Part shown: piece by piece, positions 26,194 to 35,324 of the stretch
How positions within the stretch are numbered: the first letter of the stretch is position 1
How the letters are laid out: each line of letters opens with the position of its first letter
Source: a virus
Taxonomy: Duplodnaviria; Caudoviricetes
Virus record (IMG/VR): IMGVR_UViG_3300017700_000896
Coordinates: 1 to 46,757 of that record
Reading direction: 5' to 3' (one strand)
Length of the DNA stretch: 46,757 nt
Notes under the pieces: model-generated
Database searches by the model: none
Told to the model about the DNA's origin: nothing
Seen by the model: only the letters and a program-made list of their open reading frames with translations
Translations under genes and position numbers: made by a program

Positions 26194-28970
26194 TTCAACT
26201 TCGCGTCAGAACAGAATACAGCTTTGGCCAGACCTTCGCGCCCGTCGAAAGAACGGTGGAACGCCTGAAGGCCATGGGGTGTACCGCAGCAGGGATCGTG
26301 GACAACGCGAGCACTTGGGGCCACGTTTCATGGTTCGAGGCGTGCGAGAAGGCAGGGATCCAACCGTTGTTGGGGATCGAAGTCGCCGTGGACGACGAGG
26401 ACAAGAACCTCCACATGTGGTTTTTAGCCAAAAATACCAAGGGGCTGAGCGAGTTATACAGGGCAATCTCGAAAGCCCACCAGCAACCCATCTCCACACG
26501 ATCTGGCAAGGTTCCGCGCCTTTACCGATCCGACGTGGAATCGATGAGCGATCTCATCCTCAAATTTGCGGGCGACTGCACGGACGGCGAATTTTTGAAG
26601 TCGGTTGGCGCGATCATCGACACCAACCCGGCCAGCCGCGTCCTGAACGCCAAGAAGCTCGCTTTGGCGCGCGAGCATGGATTGCCGGTCGTGAAGACCA
26701 GCGACAACTCCTTCATCGATCCGGACGACATGGGCGTGTTCGAACTCATCAGCCGCGCTGGCTTGAAGCCAACCCCACAGTACATTTTGGCGGACCTCGC
26801 AACCGGCGAGCAGGAGCAGGCTTGCGCCGACGCCTGCAAGGGCTTAGTGTTGCCAAAAGCCCCAATGGTGAGGGCTGATGGCGATCTGGAAGCCCTTTGT
26901 CGCGCTGGCATCGTCGCCCGGAAGATGCAGGACCGCTGGACGCCGGAGTATGAAGAGCGGCTGATTTATGAGCTTGGCTTGATTCGCTCCAAGGACTTCG
27001 AGTCATACTTTTTGATCGTCGCGGACATGTGTGACTACGCGAAGAAACACATGCTGGTCGGACCGTCGCGCGGATCCGCTGCAGGCTCGCTGGTTTGCTA
27101 TCTCGCGCGCATCACGGAGATCGACCCGATTCCGCCGCGCTTGTACTTCGAGCGCTTCATTGACGTGACGCGGACCGACTTGCCCGACATCGATCTGGAT
27201 TTTCCGGATACGAAGCGCCACATGGTTTTCGACTACATGGCGGAAAAACATGGCCTTGGAAACACGGCCCACATCGGCACGATCAGCCAGTTCAAGCCGA
27301 AGAGCGCGCTGATTGCGGTTTGCAAGGCGCTCAATATTCCGCCTGCAGCGACCGGCGCTGTGAAGGTGGCGATGATCGAGCGCTCTTCCGCCGACTCGCG
27401 CGCGAACAACTGCTTGGAGGATACCTTCAAGGAGACGGAACCCGGCAGGACGTTCATCGCGCAATACCCGCAGGCCGTCGCGTCGCAAAAGATCGAAGGC
27501 CACGCGCAGCATACAGGCGTCCACGCGGCTGGCCTTCTCGTCAGCAATGACTCCATCACCAACTACGCCGTGGTGGACGACAACGGCATTGCCCACATCG
27601 AGAAAGGCGCAGCGGAAAAACTTGGCCTGCTGAAGATTGACGTGTTGGGACTTCGAACGCTGGGCGTGCTGGAAGATGCCGGCATTCCGCTCGATTGGTA
27701 CAACTTGCCTTTCGACGATCCGCTGACGTATGCGCTTTTCAACAGCCAGCGCCTTTGCGGCATCTTCCAATTTGAAGGCGACGCGATGCGGACGATCAGC
27801 CGCGACATCGAGTTCAAGTCGCTGGTGGAGATCGACGCCGTGACCGCTCTCGCGCGCCCCGGCCCCTTCGCGGGCGGTGTGACGCAGGAATATATCTCGC
27901 GCAAGAACGGCAAAGAATATGCGCCGCTACATCCGCTTGTTGAGAGTCACATGTCGGAGACGTATGGCTTGCCCGTGTACCAAGAGCAGACGTTGGCGAT
28001 CGTCCGTGAGATCGGGCAGTTTGATTGGAAGGACACCAGCACCATCCGCAAGGCGATGTCCAAACGCATGGGCAAGGAATTCTTCGACGGCTACTGGGCC
28101 AAGTTCCGTGAAGGCGCGATGAGCCAAGGCGTCAGCGAAGAGGCCGCGCGCAAGACTTGGGAGATGATCAACACGATGGGCTCGTGGCAGATGAACAAGG
28201 CGCATACGTATAGCTATGCCGTTATCAGCTACCTGACCGCCTATCTCAAGGCGCATCACCCGCTGGAGTTCGCCGCTTCGAATCTGCGCAACGCGAAGGA
28301 CGAAGAGAGCGCGACAAGCTTGCTGCGCGAGATGGTGAAGGAGGGCTTGGAATATACGCCATTCGATCTGGAGCTTTCCGAAGTCAACTGGTCCGCGAAA
28401 GACGGCAAGCTTGTCGGCGGCTTCATGAACCTGCACGGCATCGGCGAGTCGAAAGCGCTGAAGCTCATCGAGGCGCGCAACGCGGGCAAGCTCACGGCGA
28501 AGCATCGCGAGACGATCGCCAAGGCCGCAAACATCTTCGCGGATCTCTTCCCGTTTCAAACCGCATACGGCGATATGTACGAAAATCCCGGCAAGTTCGG
28601 CATCAACGGCGAGATCAACAAGATCGAAGATTTCAACTCGAAGCAGCGCGGATCCTTTCTCTTCATCGGCGAGATGATCAGCAAAAATCCGCGCAACCGC
28701 AACGAGGAAGTGCTGGTGAAAAAACGTGGCGGGAAGCGCGAGACAGGCCAGCTCGAATTCGTGGACCTGCGGATGCGCGACGATACGGGGACGATCGGCG
28801 GGCGCATCAACCAATTCGACCACGAGCGAATCGGGCGCGAGCTGATGGAGACGGTGCCCGAAGGCGCTCACCTTCTCGTCCGCGCCAAGTTCATCAAGGA
28901 CATCCGCTACGCCTTCATCACGAAGTGGAAGTGGATCAACAGGCCAGAAGAAACGAAGGCGGCTGCATGA
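26190..28970 (+). CDS. dnaE: DNA polymerase III alpha subunit-like (family C)
   Basis: RTEYSF PHP start, SRGSAAGSLV, PDIDLDF, GVHAAG, KIDVLGLRTL, GIFQFE, VYQEQ, NKAH; GTG start 26190. Confidence 0.96.
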   Translation: MIQLRVRTEYSFGQTFAPVERTVERLKAMGCTAAGIVDNASTWGHVSWFEACEKAGIQPLLGIEVAVDDEDKNLHMWFLAKNTKGLSELYRAISKAHQQPISTRSGKVPRLYRSDVESMSDLILKFAGDCTDGEFLKSVGAIIDTNPASRVLNAKKLALAREHGLPVVKTSDNSFIDPDDMGVFELISRAGLKPTPQYILADLATGEQEQACADACKGLVLPKAPMVRADGDLEALCRAGIVARKMQDRWTPEYEERLIYELGLIRSKDFESYFLIVADMCDYAKKHMLVGPSRGSAAGSLVCYLARITEIDPIPPRLYFERFIDVTRTDLPDIDLDFPDTKRHMVFDYMAEKHGLGNTAHIGTISQFKPKSALIAVCKALNIPPAATGAVKVAMIERSSADSRANNCLEDTFKETEPGRTFIAQYPQAVASQKIEGHAQHTGVHAAGLLVSNDSITNYAVVDDNGIAHIEKGAAEKLGLLKIDVLGLRTLGVLEDAGIPLDWYNLPFDDPLTYALFNSQRLCGIFQFEGDAMRTISRDIEFKSLVEIDAVTALARPGPFAGGVTQEYISRKNGKEYAPLHPLVESHMSETYGLPVYQEQTLAIVREIGQFDWKDTSTIRKAMSKRMGKEFFDGYWAKFREGAMSQGVSEEAARKTWEMINTMGSWQMNKAHTYSYAVISYLTAYLKAHHPLEFAASNLRNAKDEESATSLLREMVKEGLEYTPFDLELSEVNWSAKDGKLVGGFMNLHGIGESKALKLIEARNAGKLTAKHRETIAKAANIFADLFPFQTAYGDMYENPGKFGINGEINKIEDFNSKQRGSFLFIGEMISKNPRNRNEEVLVKKRGGKRETGQLEFVDLRMRDDTGTIGGRINQFDHERIGRELMETVPEGAHLLVRAKFIKDIRYAFITKWKWINRPEETKAAA

Positions 28971-29392
28971 GCGAGAAAACCGGCTACCAATGGATGCGAA
29001 AGATCTTCCGCAGTCCGCATCGCGTCGATCGGATCGAAAACCTTCTTGTTGCAGGCATGCCCGATGTAAACGTGAAGGTCGTGCAAGGCATCGAATGCTG
29101 GGTTGAAATCAAGTCGCCGACCGAACCCAAGCGAAGCAGCACGGCGTTGATTGGCGGAAGCAACCACCCGGTTTCGCAGGATCAGAAAAACTGGTTTCTC
29201 CGGCAACGTAAGGCGGGCGGCCACGCTATGTTTTTCATAGTGACCGATAAGCGCCGGATGCTGGTCCCCGGAATTTACGCCGACCAGCTCAACGAGATGA
29301 CCGTGAACGAGATCCTAGAAGTTGCCAATTGGTCCGCGCTGATTGGCGCTGAATTAAATCCACAGGAGTTTTTGCGATGTTTCAAGAAGTAG
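28967..29392 (+). CDS. PD-(D/E)XK nuclease (VRR-NUC / resolvase-like)
   Basis: RIEN..AGMPDV, WVEIK, Q..W...R..AGG. Confidence 0.85.
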   Translation: MSEKTGYQWMRKIFRSPHRVDRIENLLVAGMPDVNVKVVQGIECWVEIKSPTEPKRSSTALIGGSNHPVSQDQKNWFLRQRKAGGHAMFFIVTDKRRMLVPGIYADQLNEMTVNEILEVANWSALIGAELNPQEFLRCFKK

Positions 29393-30975
29393 CCCCGACG
29401 AGTCGTTACAAGACGACGCCATACAAACACCAGCTCCGTTGTCTCGCGGAATTCGGCCCGAAGCCGGAGCTTTTTCTCAGCGCTGAAATGGGGACCGGCA
29501 AGAGCTGGATCATCATCAACAACGCTGCGGATCTCTGGGACGCGGGCGAGCTGGATTCGCTCATCGTTCTCGCGCCCAACGGCGTCCACACAAACTGGAC
29601 GCTCATCGAGCTTCCGAAACACATGCCCGATTGGTGTCCGTATCGCGCCGCTGCATGGCGATCCGGGATGGGCAAGCGCGAGATGAAGAAGTTTGAAGAG
29701 ATCTACGGCAGCAAGCAATCCGCCGACCGGCGCGAGCTTCGCATTTTGACGATGAACTGGGAAGGGCTCAACCACAAAGCGAGCTTCGATGCGCTGCTGC
29801 GATTCGCCACCGGATCCGCCAAGCTCATGATCGCTTGCGACGAGCCATCCGGCTACATCAAGAATCCGACCTCTGCCCGCTTCAAGGCGCTGCTGAAGTT
29901 GAAATACATGACGAAGTTTCGCCGCATGATGGACGGAACGCCGATCACGCAAGGGCCATTCGACGCCTTCGCGCCTTACAACTTCCTCAACAAAAATATC
30001 TTGGAGACGGACAGCTATTTTGCGTTCAAGGCTGAGTATGCTGAGATGATCCCTGCGGAAGTTACCCGGCGCGCGTATGACGACAACGGGCAAGTTGTGA
30101 CGAAAACGGAGCCAAACCCGTTGATGAAAAAGATCATGGAGAAAAGCGGCAGCTCGCGCGTCCCCCAGATCGTTCAAAAGGGCGCAGGCGGCTTGCCGAA
30201 GTACAAGAACTTGGACAAGCTCCAGCGCATCATCGCGCCGTACACGTTCCGCGTGTTGAAAAAAGACTGCTTGGATCTGCCCGACAAGATCTACAAAACG
30301 GCTTTCTTCGATATGACGCCGGAGCAGGCCGTGATCTACGCAAAAGCGGAAGACGAGTGCCGGTTGATTTACGAAAATGAAGAGACGCCGATTGCGAAGC
30401 TCACCGCCATCACCAAGCTCGCGCAGATCACGAGCGGTTTTTACATCCACCCGGAGCATGATGAGCCGATCGAGATCCCCGGCGTCAACCCGAAGATGGA
30501 ATTGATGAAGGAGCGCGTGATGGCCGTCGTCGCGCAAGGCTCCAAGATCATCATCTGGGCGCGCTTCCACGCAGAGATCAACGCGATCGCCAAAATTTTG
30601 GAGGCAGAAAAGATCTCCGTCGTGCAATACCACGGTGGCGTGAAGATGAAAGACCGCGAGCTGGCCAAAATCGCCTTTCAAGACGGCGAAGCGCAAGTGA
30701 TGGTCGCACAACAACAGGCTGGCGGGACCGGAGTGACGTGGACCGCTGCGGCTTACACGCTTTATTTCAGCAATACATTTTCCTTGCGGGAAAGATTGCA
30801 GAGCGAAGACCGCAACCACCGGATCGGCCAGACCGAAAATGTTGTTTATATCGATCTCGTCGCGCGCGGGACCGTGGACGAGAAGATCTGCCGGGCGCTC
30901 GCGAGCAAAAAGAATGTTGCCGACATGATCAACGGGGACGGGAAGGCGCTTTTGGACAAAGACCTTGCAGATTAG
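29377..30975 (+). CDS. SNF2-like SF2 helicase
   Basis: EMGTGKS, ACDE, GTP, IIIWARF, GGTGVT, QSEDRNHRIGQ. Confidence 0.93.
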   Translation: MFQEVAPTSRYKTTPYKHQLRCLAEFGPKPELFLSAEMGTGKSWIIINNAADLWDAGELDSLIVLAPNGVHTNWTLIELPKHMPDWCPYRAAAWRSGMGKREMKKFEEIYGSKQSADRRELRILTMNWEGLNHKASFDALLRFATGSAKLMIACDEPSGYIKNPTSARFKALLKLKYMTKFRRMMDGTPITQGPFDAFAPYNFLNKNILETDSYFAFKAEYAEMIPAEVTRRAYDDNGQVVTKTEPNPLMKKIMEKSGSSRVPQIVQKGAGGLPKYKNLDKLQRIIAPYTFRVLKKDCLDLPDKIYKTAFFDMTPEQAVIYAKAEDECRLIYENEETPIAKLTAITKLAQITSGFYIHPEHDEPIEIPGVNPKMELMKERVMAVVAQGSKIIIWARFHAEINAIAKILEAEKISVVQYHGGVKMKDRELAKIAFQDGEAQVMVAQQQAGGTGVTWTAAAYTLYFSNTFSLRERLQSEDRNHRIGQTENVVYIDLVARGTVDEKICRALASKKNVADMINGDGKALLDKDLAD

Positions 30976-30994
30976 TCGGGATTAAAATGAGGGC

Positions 30995-31024
30995 TTGCCA
31001 TAGTCTTTGAAATGGGCGCATAAT
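30995..31024 (+). promoter_or_regulatory. Sigma70-type promoter
   Basis: TTGCCA-N18-CATAAT in intergenic gap. Confidence 0.68.
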
Positions 31025-31069
31025 TCGTTCACGGTCAACGATTCGACCGGATTCAACTAGGAACAAATT

Positions 31070-31258
31070 ATGGCAAAACAGTTTCAAACGGCAGCTCAAG
31101 GCGAGAAAGACGCGATCGACGACAACAAAGGCGGTTGGATCGAGCCTTCACTTGCAAAAGACGAAGAGGCGATGAAAAATCACCTTGAAGCAATGGTCGG
31201 CGGAACTGAAAAATATCGCGCCGCCTACGCCGCAAAAGCAAAGCAGCTCGTCTGCTGA
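31070..31258 (+). CDS. Hypothetical protein
   Basis: 62 aa, AGGA RBS, first gene after promoter. Confidence 0.7.
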   Translation: MAKQFQTAAQGEKDAIDDNKGGWIEPSLAKDEEAMKNHLEAMVGGTEKYRAAYAAKAKQLVC

Positions 31259-31289
31259 TCAACCTCCATCAACTTCTCAAGGAAACATT

Positions 31290-32306
31290 ATGGCTCACGA
31301 ACTCGACACCAGCAACTACCGCAACAACATGGCATACGTCGGCGAAGAAGGAACGCCGTGGCATGGCCTTGGCCAAGAGCTGACCTATGGCGCATCGATC
31401 GACGTTTGGAAGAAGGAGGCAGGCTTGGACTTCGAAGTGAAGCGCGCGCCTGTCGGCTTCCAAGTCCCCGCTGAAGGCAACGACGACGGCCCGCGCATCC
31501 ACACGATGGGCAACCGTGAAGTCCTGTATCGCGGCGACACCTGCGCGCCGCTGGGCATCGTCTCCAAAGGCTATCGCATCGTGCAGCCCGGTGAAACGCT
31601 CGAATTCTTCCGCAACCTGACCGAAGAAGGCGGCTTTCAGATGGACACCGCAGGATCTTTGCACGGCGGGAAGCGTGTTTGGGCGCTGGCGAAGATGAAC
31701 GAGGGATTCGACGTGATCGGCACGGACCGCGTGATGCCCTACCTGCTGTTGGCAACTTCCTTCGACGGCGGCTTGTCCACCACGGCCAAGTTCACGGCGA
31801 TCCGGGTTGTTTGCCACAACACCATCACCGTCGCGCTGCAGGCCGATGCCGCTGGCCGGTCTGAAAAGACGGTCCGCGTCGCCCACCACTCCACCTTTGA
31901 CGCGCTCGAAGTCCAAAAGCGCCTTGGCATCATCCGCAGCGCTTGGGACGCCTTCATCAAGCAGACCCACAAAATGGCCAACGCTGAGGTTTTCGCCGCA
32001 ACCCTTGACGAGATGACCCAAGAGCTGATTGCACCCACCCTTGGCCCCAAAGCGGACGGATCCCGCCAAGATTCGGAAGGCGTGAAGGATTCGAAAGCGT
32101 ATCGCCGCATCATGGAGCTTTTCAACGGCGCGGCGATCGGATCGGATCTTACCGTTGGCCCCACCGCATGGCAGTGGCTCAACTCCGTGACCCAATACGT
32201 GGACCACGATCGCGGGCGCAACCCGGATAGCCGGATGAACGCGGCATGGTTCGGCAACGGCGACGCGCTCAAGACCCGCGCGCTGGAGCTGGCAGAGCAG
32301 ATCTAA
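31290..32306 (+). CDS. DUF932 family protein
   Basis: MAHE..MAYVGE.TPWHGLG, TAGSLHGGKRVW, YLLLATSFDG, IRVVCHNT, NSVTQYVDH. Confidence 0.9.
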   Translation: MAHELDTSNYRNNMAYVGEEGTPWHGLGQELTYGASIDVWKKEAGLDFEVKRAPVGFQVPAEGNDDGPRIHTMGNREVLYRGDTCAPLGIVSKGYRIVQPGETLEFFRNLTEEGGFQMDTAGSLHGGKRVWALAKMNEGFDVIGTDRVMPYLLLATSFDGGLSTTAKFTAIRVVCHNTITVALQADAAGRSEKTVRVAHHSTFDALEVQKRLGIIRSAWDAFIKQTHKMANAEVFAATLDEMTQELIAPTLGPKADGSRQDSEGVKDSKAYRRIMELFNGAAIGSDLTVGPTAWQWLNSVTQYVDHDRGRNPDSRMNAAWFGNGDALKTRALELAEQI

Positions 32307-32312
32307 ACCGGC

Positions 32313-32328
32313 AGGGGCTTCGGCCCCT
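32313..32328 (+). other. cUUCGg hairpin after DUF932 (weak terminator or stabiliser)
   Basis: AGGGGC-TTCG-GCCCCT without a clear U-tract. Confidence 0.55.
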
Positions 32329-32353
32329 TCCTTCAACTTCAAAGGAGAACAAA

Positions 32354-32563
32354 ATGATCATGCACGCAAGCGAAGGGCGAGAGCCAACGAGCACCGGGAA
32401 CAACTACAGGATCCACCCCGGAGCAGCCAACCCCATCGAACACTTCCCTGCTCGCAAGCGCCCGCGTAGAAAGTCCTGGTTGCGGATCCTTGGACCCGTC
32501 TTCGCGGTGGCCCTGCTGGGGACTTTGGCGCTTATTGCGTTGGGATCAGCGCGCGGGTGGTGA
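32354..32563 (+). CDS. Small protein with C-terminal transmembrane helix
   Basis: AAGGAG RBS; basic patch then ILGPVFAVALLGTLALIAL. Confidence 0.65.
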   Translation: MIMHASEGREPTSTGNNYRIHPGAANPIEHFPARKRPRRKSWLRILGPVFAVALLGTLALIALGSARGW

Positions 32564-33080
32564 AGGCGTCTGCCCGGCAGGAGGCGTAGGCAACGTTGAT
32601 GTCGTCGGCTTCGCGGGTGAGCTTGTCGAGTAATCCAGTAAGCTCTGTTGAAAGTAGCCCGCTGGCTTCGGCAGCGTTGCCTCCACCACTGATGGGACCG
32701 CTGGAACCTTGACCAGCGGCGTCTTGACGACCGCCCCCACATCCCGTTGCATTTGGGTCCCGCATGCGGCCAGCGCTGAGAGCGCGAGCAGCGCGAAGCT
32801 TGACTTCGAAGCCTGCCACAATTTCCTTGTTTGCATCGTCTGCCCTTTCTTGCGCTGCGAGCGCGGTGTTCAATTTCCCTTGCGCCAGATCGCGCTCATC
32901 GCGTGCCACCCGCAACTCGTCTGCTGCCTTGAGCTTAAGCTTTCCAACTTCCAGCTCCCAGCGGCTGTTTTCTATGGCCGTAGCGCGTCGATCGATGCGA
33001 TAGCCTGCATAGCCTAGCCCGGCCATCACGGCTGTGGCGAGGATCGCGCCTATGATGATCTTGTTGCCCGTGCTTATCAT
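32532..33080 (-). CDS. Rz: i-spanin
   Basis: N-terminal TM (IIIGAILATAVMAGLGY), coiled coil, follows endolysin; ATG 33080. Confidence 0.85.
   Translation of the reverse strand: MISTGNKIIIGAILATAVMAGLGYAGYRIDRRATAIENSRWELEVGKLKLKAADELRVARDERDLAQGKLNTALAAQERADDANKEIVAGFEVKLRAARALSAGRMRDPNATGCGGGRQDAAGQGSSGPISGGGNAAEASGLLSTELTGLLDKLTREADDINVAYASCRADAFTTRALIPTQ
32546..32836 (-). CDS. Rz1: o-spanin lipoprotein, fully embedded in Rz
   Basis: Lipobox LAAC after hydrophobic stretch; Pro-rich mature part; alternative frame within Rz. Confidence 0.8.
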   Translation of the reverse strand: MQTRKLWQASKSSFALLALSALAACGTQMQRDVGAVVKTPLVKVPAVPSVVEATLPKPAGYFQQSLLDYSTSSPAKPTTSTLPTPPAGQTPSPPAR

Positions 33081-33715
33081 ATGCCCGCCGCTTGAAGTTT
33101 GGCTTTGAGCGCCACCACGTGTTCCAACCCAAAGTCGCCGCCTTGCACGGCCTTCCGCACGAGGCGCGTGTTGCCTAGGATCTTGTCGGGCACGCGGCCT
33201 TCCCACCAACCAATGCAGGCTTCGAGCGCGAAGTGCTTTTGCTCCAGCAACTGCGGGATGCCAACGAAGTCTTGCCCCATCAACTCCGACATAAACTTGT
33301 AGTTGTCCTTTCCCGTGATGCCGATCGGCGAGCGGGCGATATACAGCGCGCCGTCGCCGGGCTGGTCGTTGCCCATGCGCCCGCCATACAAAAACTCAGC
33401 GATGGCGTCTGGCCCACCGGCCACAAGCTCGTCGGCGATCTCAGCGGCCTTGCGCCAGCGGGATCCGGGATTGGACTTCGCGCCAAGCTCGCGGATCCGC
33501 TTCGCGCTGTAGTTCATGTTCTCCTTCATCGATTCCAACATATTGGACTCGTGGAGGATCTGCGGCAGGAAGTCGGATAGATCCGCTTCGTCTTTGCTGA
33601 AAGTGTCTTCGTCGATCGTGACGCTGAAGACCGGCGACCAAGCGTGAGCCGTCGCGCGCTTCACGCCAGCGGCGACAAGCAGGCGCTCCCACTCTTGTTC
33701 GGTTCTGCGCATCAT
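33077..33715 (-). CDS. Endolysin, glycoside hydrolase family 19-like
   Basis: QILHES, ENMNYS, YGGRMGN, GDG..Y, ITGKDNY, VQGG..GL. Confidence 0.88.
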   Translation of the reverse strand: MMRRTEQEWERLLVAAGVKRATAHAWSPVFSVTIDEDTFSKDEADLSDFLPQILHESNMLESMKENMNYSAKRIRELGAKSNPGSRWRKAAEIADELVAGGPDAIAEFLYGGRMGNDQPGDGALYIARSPIGITGKDNYKFMSELMGQDFVGIPQLLEQKHFALEACIGWWEGRVPDKILGNTRLVRKAVQGGDFGLEHVVALKAKLQAAGI

Positions 33716-33718
33716 GAT

Positions 33719-34027
33719 TTACTGCCTTTGAAGAGGAACGGGGCAAGACAAAACGTCGTCTGGCGGACCCTTCTTCCAGTTGTGCATGCCGGCAAGCATC
33801 ATCCCGGAGATCACAGAGGAAGCGATGATGTCCGGCCAACCAGCGTAAGTGCCCCAGATGAAATATTGAAAGCCACAAAGCGGCGAGGCGGCAAACACGA
33901 TGATGTACAAAGCTTGAACGCGCACGAGGACGAATTTGTGTATGACGGCCAGCCGGCAAACAGAGGCCCAGCCCCAGAACGCGCACAAAAGCAGATTGAT
34001 GAAATTCAGGATCAATAGCTTTTCCAT
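33719..34027 (-). CDS. Holin-like membrane protein
   Basis: 102 aa, about 3 TM segments, directly upstream of endolysin. Confidence 0.7.
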   Translation of the reverse strand: MEKLLILNFINLLLCAFWGWASVCRLAVIHKFVLVRVQALYIIVFAASPLCGFQYFIWGTYAGWPDIIASSVISGMMLAGMHNWKKGPPDDVLSCPVPLQRQ

Positions 34028-34030
34028 GAA

Positions 34031-34435
34031 TCATTCCTTTGGATCAGCGTTGCGCTTTGCCCAGCTCAGCAGCCAACGCTTCAACAGGCCAGCAAACCAA
34101 ACTCCGACATTTGGCCAGCTTTCCCCAACAGCCCCAATCAGCAAAGCGATCGGAGCCAACATCCACTGCGCCGTGTTCTCGCCTGTGTACCTTTGCAGGT
34201 ACACGGCAAATGGCATAGTGAAGATCAACGCGGTGCCGAGCATCAGCATCACGAAGAGAAATGCGCCCTTCCTTTCGGAAGACTTGCGCCGCTTCAGACC
34301 CCATGCCGCGCCGACGAGCGCGCCAAAGAGCATCAGCAAATATGGAGCGAGCACCGCAGCCATCGCCGGGCTAAAGGCGTAGCCAAGCATGGTGACCAAG
34401 AGGATGATCAGGCTTGGGTGGTCGTTCATTTGCAT
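34031..34435 (-). CDS. Holin/antiholin-like membrane protein
   Basis: 3-4 TM segments with basic loop; GAGG RBS before ATG 34435. Confidence 0.65.
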   Translation of the reverse strand: MQMNDHPSLIILLVTMLGYAFSPAMAAVLAPYLLMLFGALVGAAWGLKRRKSSERKGAFLFVMLMLGTALIFTMPFAVYLQRYTGENTAQWMLAPIALLIGAVGESWPNVGVWFAGLLKRWLLSWAKRNADPKE

Positions 34436-34437
34436 CT

Positions 34438-34848
34438 TCAAACCTCTTTGTTGTGACGGCCAGTTGCATCGAACGGACCAAGCATATTATCGCTCCACCA
34501 CTCAGCGCGCTCCTGCCGCCATCCGGAGCCTTCGTTGCAAAGGCGCTTCACCTGCGCGCTGACGGCCCACTCACCCCAGCGCGGCAACTCCCAGAAGATC
34601 ATCCACGACAAGAAGACCCGCACGAAGGCGTTGTACAAGATACCGACGATCAGCACGGCGCGCGCGAGCTTTTGGACGCGCGGATCGAGCGTTGCGAGGA
34701 CGCCGCTCTTCTCCACGTCCTGCAACTTCATGACGGCGAGGAAGAGGATCCACAGGATGAAGAGCCATTTGGCCGCGTGCAAAAGGAAGCCAAGTGCCGA
34801 CCAGACCCACCAAGGGATCGAATGGAATAGCCCGACGAGCGCGCTCAT
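34438..34848 (-). CDS. Membrane protein of unknown function
   Basis: Trp-rich hydrophobic segments; C-terminal L.PFD..G.H. Confidence 0.65.
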   Translation of the reverse strand: MSALVGLFHSIPWWVWSALGFLLHAAKWLFILWILFLAVMKLQDVEKSGVLATLDPRVQKLARAVLIVGILYNAFVRVFLSWMIFWELPRWGEWAVSAQVKRLCNEGSGWRQERAEWWSDNMLGPFDATGRHNKEV

Positions 34849-34850
34849 GA

Positions 34851-35324
34851 TCAGAGTCGCCCCATAGCTTTGAAGGCCGCTGTGACTGCTGGATTAGCAA
34901 GCCCTTGAATCTCTTCGTATCGCGCCTTGAACGCGGCCTTAAGCCCTTCAAGGGTCGTCGCATTGGCCATTCCAGGATCCGTGAACAGATCTGCCATCGC
35001 CTGATTGACAACCATGCAGTTGGCGGCATTCGTTGTGCCTGCCGGAGTCCCCAAAAGAGAGAAGCGCAAAGCAATGTTTGTCATGCGGTTCATGAACGCT
35101 TCACGCATCACCATGATCTTCGCGACCTCTTCCTGCTTGGTGGCAGCAAATGGCCGCTTGCGACCTGTTGCAATATCGGCTTCTTCCTGTGTTGGCGCGG
35201 TGCTGCCGAAACCAACAGCGTCGATGAAGTTGTTTCCAACTGCATAGCGAACGGCGTCAGGGTGCTGGGCCTCCGGCCCAAATGGCGGCTGTTCGTTGAA
35301 ATGAATTGCGAAAATTATTTTCAC
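34851..35324 (-). CDS. Putative tail fibre-associated/assembly protein
   Basis: GTG 35324 overlapping the fibre stop, GAGGAG RBS; position. Confidence 0.6.
   Translation of the reverse strand: MKIIFAIHFNEQPPFGPEAQHPDAVRYAVGNNFIDAVGFGSTAPTQEEADIATGRKRPFAATKQEEVAKIMVMREAFMNRMTNIALRFSLLGTPAGTTNAANCMVVNQAMADLFTDPGMANATTLEGLKAAFKARYEEIQGLANPAVTAAFKAMGRL

Noticed and set aside
34429-34441. Lambda S-type dual start in the holin-like gene
   Set aside because: The M-K-M reading needs a TTG start with poor RBS spacing; M-Q-M adds no charge
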